Origin: a virus
IMG/VR virus record: IMGVR_UViG_3300045303_000172
Location: 1 to 64,000 of that record
DNA: 64,000 nucleotides
Direction: 5' to 3' (one strand)
Numbering within the stretch: position 1 is the first letter of the stretch; each line of letters starts with the position of its first letter. Below are positions 17,501 through 26,597 of this stretch, piece after piece. The translations under genes and the position numbers were made by a program. Below the pieces are notes generated by a model, which ran no database searches, was not told the DNA's origin, and saw only the letters and a list, made by a program, of their open reading frames with translations.

Positions 17501-20500
17501 ATCTTCTTGAACGGACTGTTCACGTCTGCCGCGTAGCTAGGGTCCTCGTGCGTTTCGATGTGCGAACGCAGCACTTGGTCGAGGTAGCGCGTGCTCAGCA
17601 GTCGATCGTACTCAGCCAGCTTTTGTGTGTCCGTCAGCTCGCTCGAGTCGTGGATCTTCATCCAGTCGCCCGTGAAGCCGATAGTATTTCGGGCTAGCCC
17701 GCGCGGCACCGTCATCCCGCTCGTGTCTTGAGCTTCACGTTCGAAGCGCAAATCTCCGATCTGATCCCGAGTCTTGATTGTCTCACCTTTGCCGGTGGCG
17801 AACCCGAGGGTTTCCTTGGCTCCTTTGCGCTGGGCATCGACGTACGCCTTCTGCGCCCGGACAGCGGCCATGTCCTCGGAGGTGATTACGTGTCCGTCGA
17901 TCTTATCTCCAACGCCGCGCTCCGGGGCACCGAGGGCGTTGTAGCCAGAGAGGATGCGGTTGGCGATTTTCTCCAACCAATCGTCCAGTTCCATCTTGGC
18001 TTTGGTGAACGCTTTCTTGGTTGGCTTCGTGGCCGCGATGCCCATCCGATTGTCGATCTGCTGGGACCGGCGCAGGAACTCCGAATAGTTCGCCAGTGCC
18101 CACATGCCCTTGGACGCGAGCGGCCCCCCTGACATCGCCGTAAAGAAAGCTGGAATGTTCTTCATGCCGGGGACATGGCGAGCGATGAAGTCGAATGCGT
18201 TGAATCCGCCAGCAATGGACTTGCCACTCTCTGGGTCCCAAAGCTGGTTCATCCATTTATTGGTGATGGCGGCAAGGTGTTCCTCGGCGAAGAACCGTTT
18301 CAGCGGGTCCGCGTTGGGATTCTTTGTCGGATCAAGATAGTCGGAATACCATCGCTCAGCCGTCTCTAGCGCTTTCGTATCAGCCAAGTAACCTTCACGG
18401 GTGAAGTTTTGGCGAAGCTCGACGCTTTGAGTTGGGTCGGCAGGATTGATAAAGACGGGGTGCCCCTCCTTGCTCTCTTTGTCCATGAGCGCGGCGGCGC
18501 CGGTCAGCTCCGTCGCCTGCTTGTAGTTCTCCTGGAACGCTGGATCTCGAATCGTGCGGTCGAGAAAGTCCTTCGCGGCGGCGACGTTTTGCGCTTTGGC
18601 CTGTAGCGCCTTCACGCGGTCGCTCATCTCTGGGTCTTTGATGCCAAGCAGCCGCTCCGCTAGGTTCGGCATGGACGCAACGGCCTTTTCCACCTGGGCA
18701 ACGACTTCCGGGGATGCTCCAATCTTCTGCGGGTTGGCCGCTTTCCAGGCCGCGAGCACGTCGGCGGCTGTCGATGCTGGATTGCGGAGCACGGCGTCTG
18801 GCGTGTCCTTCACCATTGAACCGAGCACATTGCTGCCGGACGATTCGATGTCAGTCCAGTTGGCCAGCTCGGCATCAGCAGCGTCTCTGGCCACGTCGTC
18901 GCCAGCCTTCACGGCTTCGGCGCGTTCCCTGAGAACCTGATCACGGCGCACGTCGATCACGGAACCGGACAGTCGCAGGGCGCGTTCTTTAGGAAGGGCC
19001 TCGCGTTCTGCCCTGAGCGCGCTGGACGCTTCCGCTGCTGTCTCCTTGGCCTTCTTGGCCATGTTCTTCTGATCCTGGAGCAAATTGAATATGGACGACT
19101 CCGCGCCCATGACGACAAGGGCTTGATCGTGGATCTCGGGCGAGACTGCCTCTGCAACCTTCCGAAGATCGCCAGCGGGAGCTTGGTAGGGCGCCTTCTG
19201 CATTTGGCCGGCCGCAGCCTGAGCCATGTTCATTGCCTCGATGCGACCGCCAATCTCAGGAAGCTCGGTTTGAACTTCTGGAGGGAGCGCGGCGAAGTCC
19301 TGGGCGACGTGGCCGACGGTGACTTGGTTCTGAGCGTGAAAGGCTTTGGCGAGCTTCAGTGCCTGCGGCTGCTTCATCCTGTCGAAGCTCGCCGTCATCT
19401 TGCGATACTCTTCCTCTGTGTTGATGGGGTTGAGGGAGAATTTGATTTCGTCGGGACCTGAGAGAGGATGATCCACAGACTGGCGAGACGAAGCAAAGTC
19501 AGCCACAGCTTTGGCTAGGATGTCACGGGCCTTTGTGACATCAGAGAAGAACTGGCTGGCCTTGTAAGGTGTCTCCCGAATGGCTGAAATGATTCGGTTG
19601 AACCAATTCAGAATGGCGTTGGCGACTTTGGAGAATAGACTTGGGTCCTTGGCCTTGAAGGCGTCCCAGAACTTCGGTTCAAGGAACTGCTCCCCCTGGA
19701 AATGGGCGATCAATTCCTCTTCCAGATTATCTGGTGATTCGTCGTAGCCTCGCTTATTTACGGCTTCACGCTCCCATTCGCCCAAATTCTGGGCCAGTGG
19801 GCGTAAGGCATCCCTGAGTCCATTGTAGAGGTCGGGGCTGAGTACCCGCATCTGGTGCAAGAGTTCGTGTCCCACCATGCTGAGAAGCGGTTTCGGATCG
19901 TTGGCGTCCACAAAAACCACTCCTCGCAGACCGGACACAGACACACCAGCACGGCTCCCTGGTGCCACATCGTCATGATATGTGACAACTCGGATTCCGA
20001 ACAAACGTTCAAGGAGAGCAGCTCCTCCCGCTTCGGATTGACTGAGACGTGCCCGCCCTGTTTCCTGATTTCTCTCGCCAAGTCCAATGTACCTAGCCAT
20101 CCCGCTATCACGCGCAAGAACCTCACCGAGTTTGTTTCGGAGCGTCCTGTCTTGTTCTGCTCTTGTGTTTCCATACTGTTTGAATCGGTCAAGTTGGTCT
20201 TGGCCTGTTGGGATTTCATGTTGTCGCTCTGCTGCGAGCGGCTCTTCTCCAAATCCTGTCGAATCCCATCCTGGCGGGTAAGGGTTGAGTGAGTATTTGG
20301 CTTCGGGGGGTTGGGGAATCTGCGCTTCCTCAGCCGCTTGCCTTCCCTGTTCCTTCGTCGGCAGGGATTCACTGAATCCTTTTGGCTGCTTGGTCGAAGT
20401 CTCAATCGCCTTCACCTTGGCCAGCATCCGCTCCAGTGCGAAGCGAGTCTTCGGAATCGTGAACGTCCCGTCGCCCGGAATGTCGAGCGTCACCGTTCCT

Positions 20501-23500
20501 GGATCTGGCCTAAATCCGGTTCCCTCAATTTCACTTTTCTTCGAGCTGAATTTCTTTCCTGACTCGTCGCTTATCGGCTTGTCAGAATGCCATTTATTGC
20601 CGGATAGAACCTGCTCCGAAGCCAAGGCTTTTGCATCCTCAAGTGGAAGACCTTCGGAAATTACCTGCCTGATTTTTCTCGCAGTCTTACCAGATAGAAG
20701 AGTGTCGCTAATTTCAACGCGCCAGCTTCCATCTTTATTTTTGATCAGCGTCAGGGCGGTGTTCAGTGGACCTTTATCCGTGAACACGTCGATCTTCTGA
20801 ATGCCGTTGTAGGTCTTCGGCTTTCCGAAAACTGCCTCGCCTTCGAGCTTAGGCAGCTTGGCAATCTCGGCTTCGACAAGTCCGGCGATCTCAGCCTTGA
20901 TGTCCTTCGCTGGCCGCTGGCCTTCGGTCTTGGCGACTGCCTTGACTTCGGTTTCGACTTTGGCCGCAGCTTGCGCTGGAGTCACGACGGGCTTGGCCTT
21001 CTGCTTTTCAAGCGCGTCAATCTGATCTTGGATCTTCGCCATGCGAGTGGCGATCTTGCGGGACAACTCGGCGGTGATGGGCGGTGGAACTCTTCCACCA
21101 AGCTTGGCGGTTTGCTTGTTGAGCGCCTTCTGCTCTTTGGCGAGTTCCTGTTTAAGCCCGGCAATTTGAACATCAACCCCCGCCGATTCCGCCGGAGTTG
21201 CCGGAGCGAGTTCAGGAATCGGCGCCTCGGGCACTGGAGTTGGAACAGCTCTCTTCGTCCGCATCCCAACCTTAGTCCCAAGATCTCCCTGCGGAAGTTC
21301 AATTCCTTGCCGCTGGAGGAACGAATTAACCTTCCCGCCGAGCGACTTAAAAAACTCCGTTTTATCGGCCTGATTCGTTGACTCCCGCGTGGTGTAGTTG
21401 TCGAGGTATCTGGCAATGTCTGATTTTGTTCCTCCGAGTTCCTTGAGCCTTCGAGCGGCAATAACTGCGCTCAGGAATCGGTCGTTGTTCTCACCCTCTT
21501 CGATTCCTCGATTGACGGCCTGAGTTAGCGTCATGGCGAGTTGCTCTCGATCTGTTTCGAGCGCAACCTGCGACGGATCGAAACGCTTATCCACTTCCCA
21601 AGATTTCCACGGTCCGCTGCGCTGATTGAATGGTCCATCGAAGAAAGCGGTAAATTTAGCCTGCTGTTCCGGCGTGAGCTTCTTCTCGAACTTTGCCGTG
21701 TCACGCTCTTCGGTCATGAAGCGTTGAAGAGTTTCCGCCTGCTCGTCATCCAACCCGATCTGCTCTTTGTAAAGCTCACGTTCCTCACGGAGTCTGACCT
21801 CTCGGAATTTGAGTAAAGCGTCCACTGAATCGAAAGACGCTGGTTCGGGTGCCTGTTTGATCGCCGTTGTTGGAGGCGTCTCTTCTGCCGGTTTGGCAAC
21901 TGGGGGTTCGGCGACTGGCTTCTTTGTGTTGCCACTGTTCAGCCATTCCTTAAATTGGTCCTTCGTCATCTTAGTGACGCCACCAACGCGATACATGCCC
22001 ATGGCGTCAGAAAAAGCTCGGGTGTAAGCGCCGACTGCTTCCTCCTGAGTTTGGAATCCGAGTAACGCTTTGTGCTCGTCGAACTTTCCAGTTTCGAGAT
22101 TCTTCTGGTCTACGACGTAAACAGTTGGCGCTTCGGGGTGGTCACCGACGTAAACATCAACATGGTCCTTGTCTCGGCCTACCGTGCCTTTGACGTAGCC
22201 ATAGTGCGCTGGCATCACAACTTCCCACGGCTTACCGTTTTTGTCGGTGCCGCTTCGGATCGAGCCTTTTGCGTTCTCGATGCTGATGTCAATGCCGTCA
22301 ATCGAGACGTGGCCTTTTTGAAAGTTCCCAGCTTCTTTCTGTGCCTCGGTGGGGTTCGGCTTAACTTGCGCAGCGGCTTGCTCAACAGCGCGTCGCTTCC
22401 TCAACCCTACCGGCTTCGCAGGCCGGGTTTCTTCTTGCGGCGGTAGGGTGGAAGCCCCTTGGCTTTCCGTTGGACTGAGAGGGCGATTGCCAGTGCTTGG
22501 CGGTGTGGTTTCCCCGCCGCTTCCTCCCGCTTGATGTTCTCCCCCACCGCCTTGCGGCTGGCTGACATTAGTAGTGGCATTTGGTCCTTTCTCTGCTGGC
22601 GTAACCACGGGCGCGCTCGGCGTAACCGGCGTTACGTTTTCCGGTGGTTTGGTTACGGGTGTGGACGTCGGTGGCTTGGCGAACGTGTCGGCTGGAAGTT
22701 CAGGCAACGCTGCTCTCGGCCCAACCCGCACGTTGAGTCCTGGCTGCAAGCCCACAGCTGAATACGGCAGCACAGTCACCTTGTTCTGGCCGTGATAGTG
22801 GACAAACAGTCCTGACTCATCACCGCCGACAATCACCCCGATGGGCACGCCTCGGGAATCAATCGTGTTCCCGATGTAATCCGAGACATGCGGCAATCCG
22901 ACGCCAATGATGGGTGCTGGCGGCGCCTTGCCTGCGTCGATGGCTTCCGCCTCCTTGTCGATGCGGAACTTCGTCTCTGCTTCCGCTAAGCCCGCGTCGT
23001 CGATCTGGCCAGCCCGGTGAGCTTTGAGCGCAGTGTCGTAGGCGACTTCTGGCGGAACAATGCGAGCGGGCGCTGCAACAGTGCTGTCCGGCGCGGCTGG
23101 CGCTCGGAGTTCGCTGATCCCATGCTTCACGCCGCCATAGGCGAATCCGGCCCCGATCAATCCACCGACAAGCTCGCGGGCGGCTCCCTCGGTGTCACCA
23201 TTGCTGAGAGCCTTGAAACCGGCAATGAGTTGGCCAGGGGACGAAAGTGCCATTTGCGCCGTGTAGGCGTGGGCGATGCCTCTGGCCGCGGCAGGCGAGA
23301 TTTCACCCATGCCCAGCGTCGTCAGGCCCCAAGGTGTCAGGAAGAAATCAGCTACGCCTGAAATCGCTTGCTGGAGTCCAGCTATCGGCTTTGCGGCACC
23401 TTCAGGCACACCGAGCGTCGTCAGGTCCTCGGGTGACAGTTTTGGAGTCTGCGGGAATTCTTCCGGCTGCGCGACGCCGGTCAGCATCGCCTTCTGTGCC

Positions 23501-23829
23501 GCTTCGGTCGGAGGCTCCGAAAGAAACCTTGGTATATCCCTCTCAAATTGCTGGCGTCGCTGTTCAAAACCTGACTGGACATCGGCTAACTGCTGCTCTC
23601 GGGCTGGAAAGGCTTGCGGAACTGGTGCCAGTTGAGGTTCAGCCATCAGAGGCGAACGAGACCCGGGTGGCTGCACATCCGGCCATTCGCGGCCGGTAAT
23701 TGGCGTGATCGGAGAGGGTTCCTCTATCGGCGCGAAATCCCGATTGATCGCTTGGAGAATTTGACCGTCATCCCAATCGTCAGGAAATGAGACTAGCCCG
23801 TGATTCGGAACATCTACGATCTTTCCCAT
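14575..23829 (-). CDS. Giant internal virion/ejection polyvalent protein with InPase-like and zincin (HExxH) domains
   Basis: 3084 aa at end of virion operon; PTEAQKEAGN...YGY..GT...D.DHVDV...DQ....FDEHK (about 22360-21935); GHELLH at 19869-19855; basic C-terminal tail. Confidence 0.9.
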   Translation of the reverse strand: MGKIVDVPNHGLVSFPDDWDDGQILQAINRDFAPIEEPSPITPITGREWPDVQPPGSRSPLMAEPQLAPVPQAFPAREQQLADVQSGFEQRRQQFERDIPRFLSEPPTEAAQKAMLTGVAQPEEFPQTPKLSPEDLTTLGVPEGAAKPIAGLQQAISGVADFFLTPWGLTTLGMGEISPAAARGIAHAYTAQMALSSPGQLIAGFKALSNGDTEGAARELVGGLIGAGFAYGGVKHGISELRAPAAPDSTVAAPARIVPPEVAYDTALKAHRAGQIDDAGLAEAETKFRIDKEAEAIDAGKAPPAPIIGVGLPHVSDYIGNTIDSRGVPIGVIVGGDESGLFVHYHGQNKVTVLPYSAVGLQPGLNVRVGPRAALPELPADTFAKPPTSTPVTKPPENVTPVTPSAPVVTPAEKGPNATTNVSQPQGGGGEHQAGGSGGETTPPSTGNRPLSPTESQGASTLPPQEETRPAKPVGLRKRRAVEQAAAQVKPNPTEAQKEAGNFQKGHVSIDGIDISIENAKGSIRSGTDKNGKPWEVVMPAHYGYVKGTVGRDKDHVDVYVGDHPEAPTVYVVDQKNLETGKFDEHKALLGFQTQEEAVGAYTRAFSDAMGMYRVGGVTKMTKDQFKEWLNSGNTKKPVAEPPVAKPAEETPPTTAIKQAPEPASFDSVDALLKFREVRLREERELYKEQIGLDDEQAETLQRFMTEERDTAKFEKKLTPEQQAKFTAFFDGPFNQRSGPWKSWEVDKRFDPSQVALETDREQLAMTLTQAVNRGIEEGENNDRFLSAVIAARRLKELGGTKSDIARYLDNYTTRESTNQADKTEFFKSLGGKVNSFLQRQGIELPQGDLGTKVGMRTKRAVPTPVPEAPIPELAPATPAESAGVDVQIAGLKQELAKEQKALNKQTAKLGGRVPPPITAELSRKIATRMAKIQDQIDALEKQKAKPVVTPAQAAAKVETEVKAVAKTEGQRPAKDIKAEIAGLVEAEIAKLPKLEGEAVFGKPKTYNGIQKIDVFTDKGPLNTALTLIKNKDGSWRVEISDTLLSGKTARKIRQVISEGLPLEDAKALASEQVLSGNKWHSDKPISDESGKKFSSKKSEIEGTGFRPDPGTVTLDIPGDGTFTIPKTRFALERMLAKVKAIETSTKQPKGFSESLPTKEQGRQAAEEAQIPQPPEAKYSLNPYPPGWDSTGFGEEPLAAERQHEIPTGQDQLDRFKQYGNTRAEQDRTLRNKLGEVLARDSGMARYIGLGERNQETGRARLSQSEAGGAALLERLFGIRVVTYHDDVAPGSRAGVSVSGLRGVVFVDANDPKPLLSMVGHELLHQMRVLSPDLYNGLRDALRPLAQNLGEWEREAVNKRGYDESPDNLEEELIAHFQGEQFLEPKFWDAFKAKDPSLFSKVANAILNWFNRIISAIRETPYKASQFFSDVTKARDILAKAVADFASSRQSVDHPLSGPDEIKFSLNPINTEEEYRKMTASFDRMKQPQALKLAKAFHAQNQVTVGHVAQDFAALPPEVQTELPEIGGRIEAMNMAQAAAGQMQKAPYQAPAGDLRKVAEAVSPEIHDQALVVMGAESSIFNLLQDQKNMAKKAKETAAEASSALRAEREALPKERALRLSGSVIDVRRDQVLRERAEAVKAGDDVARDAADAELANWTDIESSGSNVLGSMVKDTPDAVLRNPASTAADVLAAWKAANPQKIGASPEVVAQVEKAVASMPNLAERLLGIKDPEMSDRVKALQAKAQNVAAAKDFLDRTIRDPAFQENYKQATELTGAAALMDKESKEGHPVFINPADPTQSVELRQNFTREGYLADTKALETAERWYSDYLDPTKNPNADPLKRFFAEEHLAAITNKWMNQLWDPESGKSIAGGFNAFDFIARHVPGMKNIPAFFTAMSGGPLASKGMWALANYSEFLRRSQQIDNRMGIAATKPTKKAFTKAKMELDDWLEKIANRILSGYNALGAPERGVGDKIDGHVITSEDMAAVRAQKAYVDAQRKGAKETLGFATGKGETIKTRDQIGDLRFEREAQDTSGMTVPRGLARNTIGFTGDWMKIHDSSELTDTQKLAEYDRLLSTRYLDQVLRSHIETHEDPSYAADVNSPFKKIYQDLQSQRDLTGKTHINSVADLVDEIFGRQRNLPPDQQMAKADIREQILKEIDGTITRFTADEKREDHILDPDKTRIDVTSAENFMNRPRGKQILPRGLYTYHVGTEESQARIRGSIGEIFAQRYVNEVQSLHRAIQKQVNDWKDAILKGLASPESIRQGQINGENFLNFEEAKENEALVGLILKDIAGYVDGGKAYDHWLLEPLSITRSLIANTVLSRKPTMLQNWMGAPFKKAWLEMTLLRSGHNWMQRNPVIGGTYYSAKYLAEHGANTVRGILGAILNQPEVTPKMKAMADYLHNNQSYWAKFAGGIADYMMRQQGRVEMLQKIGVKDDDPLRYNWDALLTHWQSGGQLREGKQTTASKAWGTFKTGILLANEMGLQSLSVPMPRSMGVGAVDTVNNMLADTVANRILGEVFRFSQRALDSRATLGLDPRKTVLTAQEVFGRKDARPADLVNLKAFFDAEGINLDQELIRFWQRRQTGAPPITLREFLTPEKYESLVRGAADYINKSGFKNRPFYKTQAGRWAGLMFGYGANDNAQLARSFSEWSRDPRHAVWKDLEKFQDMATLIVLLSAFGAVYQPLAAWIRKFFYNQETQIRPIWKSRTPGEAVLTDVQNMAGQMPILGRAVVNLFGAAAPGSRMSAYGIQLFPLSMAESVMKTFSKAWQTKQIVRPFFDLYRQFVPDSAMLLNRVASREGLNTESNVRSILTANAPVGVEIKPNTYQTGAIQYGPARAMVDNVVNALSRTGGPDMATVRTERKAGVDALVKAGKDRDDAEAAFDKSIIARNPFMATYGRNLTDKEMAELRKSLPADQLAELDTFVKGRQAYAREFGLNEPDYIHEEGGGGGGRAPASPLGPAPMSAPSRSIGLRASAGGAGIGAGSVGLRGGGSIMGGQSAAPGLSTSGAVGGGIAGGGGVPRVVGIRGGGRTKSGLRGLRSHGIRGLRGSRVRSARVKSFGLRGRNSRGIRARRV
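22407..22580 (-). CDS. Nested out-of-frame 57-aa basic protein (MPL..S...ENI..E..AGKP..QA.AIALS type)
   Basis: AAAGGA-ccaa-ATG; MPLLMSASRKAVGENIKREEAAGKPHRQALAIALSVQRKAKGLPPYRRKKKPGLRSR. Confidence 0.75.
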   Translation of the reverse strand: MPLLMSASRKAVGENIKREEAAGKPHRQALAIALSVQRKAKGLPPYRRKKKPGLRSR

Positions 23830-23838
23830 TTGACATGA

Positions 23839-24663
23839 TTATTCAAGAGTTCCGGTTCTGGGATTCACTTTCCAGATTTTTGGAGAATTCTGAGGTGCTG
23901 TAGGAATCGGAAACGGTGTTCCTGTTCTTCGGAAAATTATTGCGCCTTGGCCTGGAACGAAACCGGAACTCGTAATGATCCGCATGTGTTGGTCAAATTC
24001 GCGCTGAGCCTCTTGCTCCTTGCGTTTCGCCTCGTTGAAAGCCTCCATCTTCGACCTGAGTTCGGTGTTCAACCTGTCAGCCGTCGCCTGCTTGGTCTTA
24101 TCCGGGTCGTCACCTTTGACCCTGAGCACAGTCTTATCTCTTTTGTCGCGCTCAATTAGTCCTTGGCTCTCCTTAGCCGCTAACTCGGTGTCGGTCTTGG
24201 CATATTCCTGGGCAGCTTGATCAAGTTGGGTTTTCGCATCCTGATTTTTCTTTATCAACTCCCCAAACGCACTGGCAAGCGAAGGTCCGAGGCTGTCGGC
24301 TTGCTGGGCGTATTCCTCGTGGACAGCTTGGATTCTTTTGGCTGCCGCACGCTCTGTGGCGGCGATCTTCTCTTCCCCGAGGTCCAACCCTGCAAGTCCG
24401 AGCTTCTCCCGAAGCGCCCTATCCTCTTCGGCCTGCTGTGCGCTCGTGTTGAATTCGTAAGCGTGCTGCGCCTGGTTAGCCTGCTGGGCGTAGAGATTCT
24501 GACTTAGAGCGGCATTTTGATTGGCCTGCTCCATTGCCATGCGTTGGGCCGCCTGTTGAGCGGCGAGCAACGAAGCCGTGAAGCTGCGGTCGCTGTTCAC
24601 GTCGGCTTGCTGGGCACCTTGAACCCCACCGTAGCTGTCGCCAAAGACAAATGGAAAGGCCAT
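23839..24663 (-). CDS. Internal virion (ejection) protein
   Basis: Q/A/E-rich helical protein directly upstream of the giant gene. Confidence 0.7.
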   Translation of the reverse strand: MAFPFVFGDSYGGVQGAQQADVNSDRSFTASLLAAQQAAQRMAMEQANQNAALSQNLYAQQANQAQHAYEFNTSAQQAEEDRALREKLGLAGLDLGEEKIAATERAAAKRIQAVHEEYAQQADSLGPSLASAFGELIKKNQDAKTQLDQAAQEYAKTDTELAAKESQGLIERDKRDKTVLRVKGDDPDKTKQATADRLNTELRSKMEAFNEAKRKEQEAQREFDQHMRIITSSGFVPGQGAIIFRRTGTPFPIPTAPQNSPKIWKVNPRTGTLE

Positions 24664-24668
24664 AGGCG

Positions 24669-26030
24669 TTAGACGAGAACTGGATAATCTGGATTGTACC
24701 AGCCGGGAGGACTGCTTTCAGGCTGACCCCAATTAGGACCAGCGTTGATCGGCACTCCAAAATCATCAATCGGAGCCGGATTGTAGCCGGGCGAGTTGAT
24801 CGGGTTTCCGTACTCGTCGAAGTTCCACGGATTAAACGGCGGAATAGTCGGTGGCCCGCCTGGAGCGGGTGCGCCCGGTCGGCGTCGAAGGTTTCCGTAT
24901 GGGTTGAGCGTCGGCTGATAGGGATTTCCTTGAGGCCTGATCGGCATTGAATTCGGAACCGGCCCACCGGGAGCACCTGAACCGCCCATACCTGGGAACG
25001 TCACGCCGGGGCTTTGTCCGGCCTGCCCGAGCCCGTAGAAATTGTTGGCAAGCTGCATTTGGGCGATAGGTCCAAGCCCTGCGAGCATCTGATTGAACCA
25101 ATTGGCACCGACCTGCGACGGCAAAAGCTGGCGTTGAATGTCGCCCGTAGTCAATCCTGCCCGCGTCCCGAGATTCGCTTGCTGCCCACCGAGAAGCGTC
25201 ATCAGATCGTTCCGTGCCTGCGTGGCAGCGTCCAATCCTTGCGCCACTTGCAGGCCAGCCGCAGTATCCAACCCTTGTTTCTGGAGGTAACTGGAACTGC
25301 CGACCGTCCCTGCTCCGCCCATGTTCATCTGTTGAATGGCCTGCTGGCGCGAGAGAGCGTCCATTGCCCGGTTCGTCGCGGTTTGGTAGGCCGCTGCCCG
25401 TCGTGCTGCCAAGGATTCCAGTTGGGTCTGGATATCGCTTTTGCCGCCTGCGGTCGTCGGGAACCATTGGCCGACTGCGCCTGTCTCCTGCGCGAGATAC
25501 TGTTTGTAGGCTGGATCCGCCGTTTTCATGGCCGCTTGCACGGCGGACGTCGGATTCAAGCCCTGGAGATCGTTATACTGCGCGAGAATTTGGTTGATCT
25601 GCGCGGCGATCTGCGGGTCTTTCTGGTTCTGGACGGTGAAGAAAGGGTTGAACCCAGCACCGGGAGCCGCCGTAGGATTGTAGCCGCCCAAGAGTTGCCG
25701 ACCACCGACACCAGGGAGTGCCAATGGATTCGTGCCTACGCCCGTCGGTGGACTACCAGGTCCATTGGGCCCCATCGCACCCGTCAGTAGATTCGCATAC
25801 GGATTAACGCCAGCGGCATTTGGCGCGGTAGGCAGTGAGAACGAGCCCTTGATCCGTCCATCTGGTGTGTAGCCTGGAATACGCGGGTCGTTGGATACCA
25901 CACGCCGATTTACTGGGTCCCAAGTCATCCCGTAGATGCTCGGGTTTTGGTCGCCGGTTACGTAGCCGGAACTTCCAGGAAACGCGACCGGTGAATAGGG
26001 GCTCCAAAAGTTATTGGCTGGTACAGGCAT
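24669..26030 (-). CDS. Internal virion (pilot/ejection) protein
   Basis: G/P/N/Q-rich; first of three Cys-free ORFs after the tail genes. Confidence 0.7.
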   Translation of the reverse strand: MPVPANNFWSPYSPVAFPGSSGYVTGDQNPSIYGMTWDPVNRRVVSNDPRIPGYTPDGRIKGSFSLPTAPNAAGVNPYANLLTGAMGPNGPGSPPTGVGTNPLALPGVGGRQLLGGYNPTAAPGAGFNPFFTVQNQKDPQIAAQINQILAQYNDLQGLNPTSAVQAAMKTADPAYKQYLAQETGAVGQWFPTTAGGKSDIQTQLESLAARRAAAYQTATNRAMDALSRQQAIQQMNMGGAGTVGSSSYLQKQGLDTAAGLQVAQGLDAATQARNDLMTLLGGQQANLGTRAGLTTGDIQRQLLPSQVGANWFNQMLAGLGPIAQMQLANNFYGLGQAGQSPGVTFPGMGGSGAPGGPVPNSMPIRPQGNPYQPTLNPYGNLRRRPGAPAPGGPPTIPPFNPWNFDEYGNPINSPGYNPAPIDDFGVPINAGPNWGQPESSPPGWYNPDYPVLV

Positions 26031-26096
26031 AAAACCCGTTACTTTATCGTTGCCGTAGTCCTACGCCAATGCCCGTTTTGAAGCAAGTAGCGAATT

Positions 26097-26471
26097 CTAA
26101 GCCAGATACAGAAGTGTGCGCCAGGGGTTAAGTCCGTCCCCTGCTTTCACGAGGCGCGTGTCTGTCTCCAATCCTAATTCGCCTTCTGCCAGCACCGGGT
26201 TAGCCTCCGTCCATTGAGCCGCTGTCCCGCGCCGAAGCTGGATCTTCGTCTTGCCGAGACTAGCAACGCCACAGTCGATGGGTTGCTGAACTTGCAGGTT
26301 GAGTTCGAGCGCGGTCTGAAAACGCTGCCACCAGTCGGCTAGCGCGGTGTCGATGCGTGTCACGTCATCGCGGGTGACGACGGGGTGCTGGAGCGCGGCG
26401 GAGAACTTCGGAGGCGCTGGAAGTGGAATCGCGCTCCTAAAGTTTGGCTTTATTCTGTTTGGAACTGCCAC
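26097..26471 (-). CDS. Small tail protein ending in an Mtd-N/hyaluronidase-N-like module
   Basis: KIQLRRGTAAQWTEANPVLAEGELGLETDTRLVKAGDG..PW..L.Y; start uncertain (GTG 26471). Confidence 0.75.
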   Translation of the reverse strand: MAVPNRIKPNFRSAIPLPAPPKFSAALQHPVVTRDDVTRIDTALADWWQRFQTALELNLQVQQPIDCGVASLGKTKIQLRRGTAAQWTEANPVLAEGELGLETDTRLVKAGDGLNPWRTLLYLA

Positions 26472-26597
26472 GCTTTTTCCTTTTTCGGTTTGCAGACAAG
26501 TCCCGGATGCTGCCCAATCTCCAAATGCCAGCACCACCGGGAGGAAATCCACCGATTGATTCGTGTGAACACTTTATCGGTTTTGGGATTATGAATT

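Noticed and set aside
20982-21461. Other alternative-frame ORFs inside the giant gene
   Set aside because: No RBS and R/S/P-rich shadow composition, unlike the 22580 nested gene.
26097-26471. Diversity-generating retroelement (Mtd-like domain)
   Set aside because: No reverse transcriptase, no C-type-lectin variable region, no TR/VR pair noticed.
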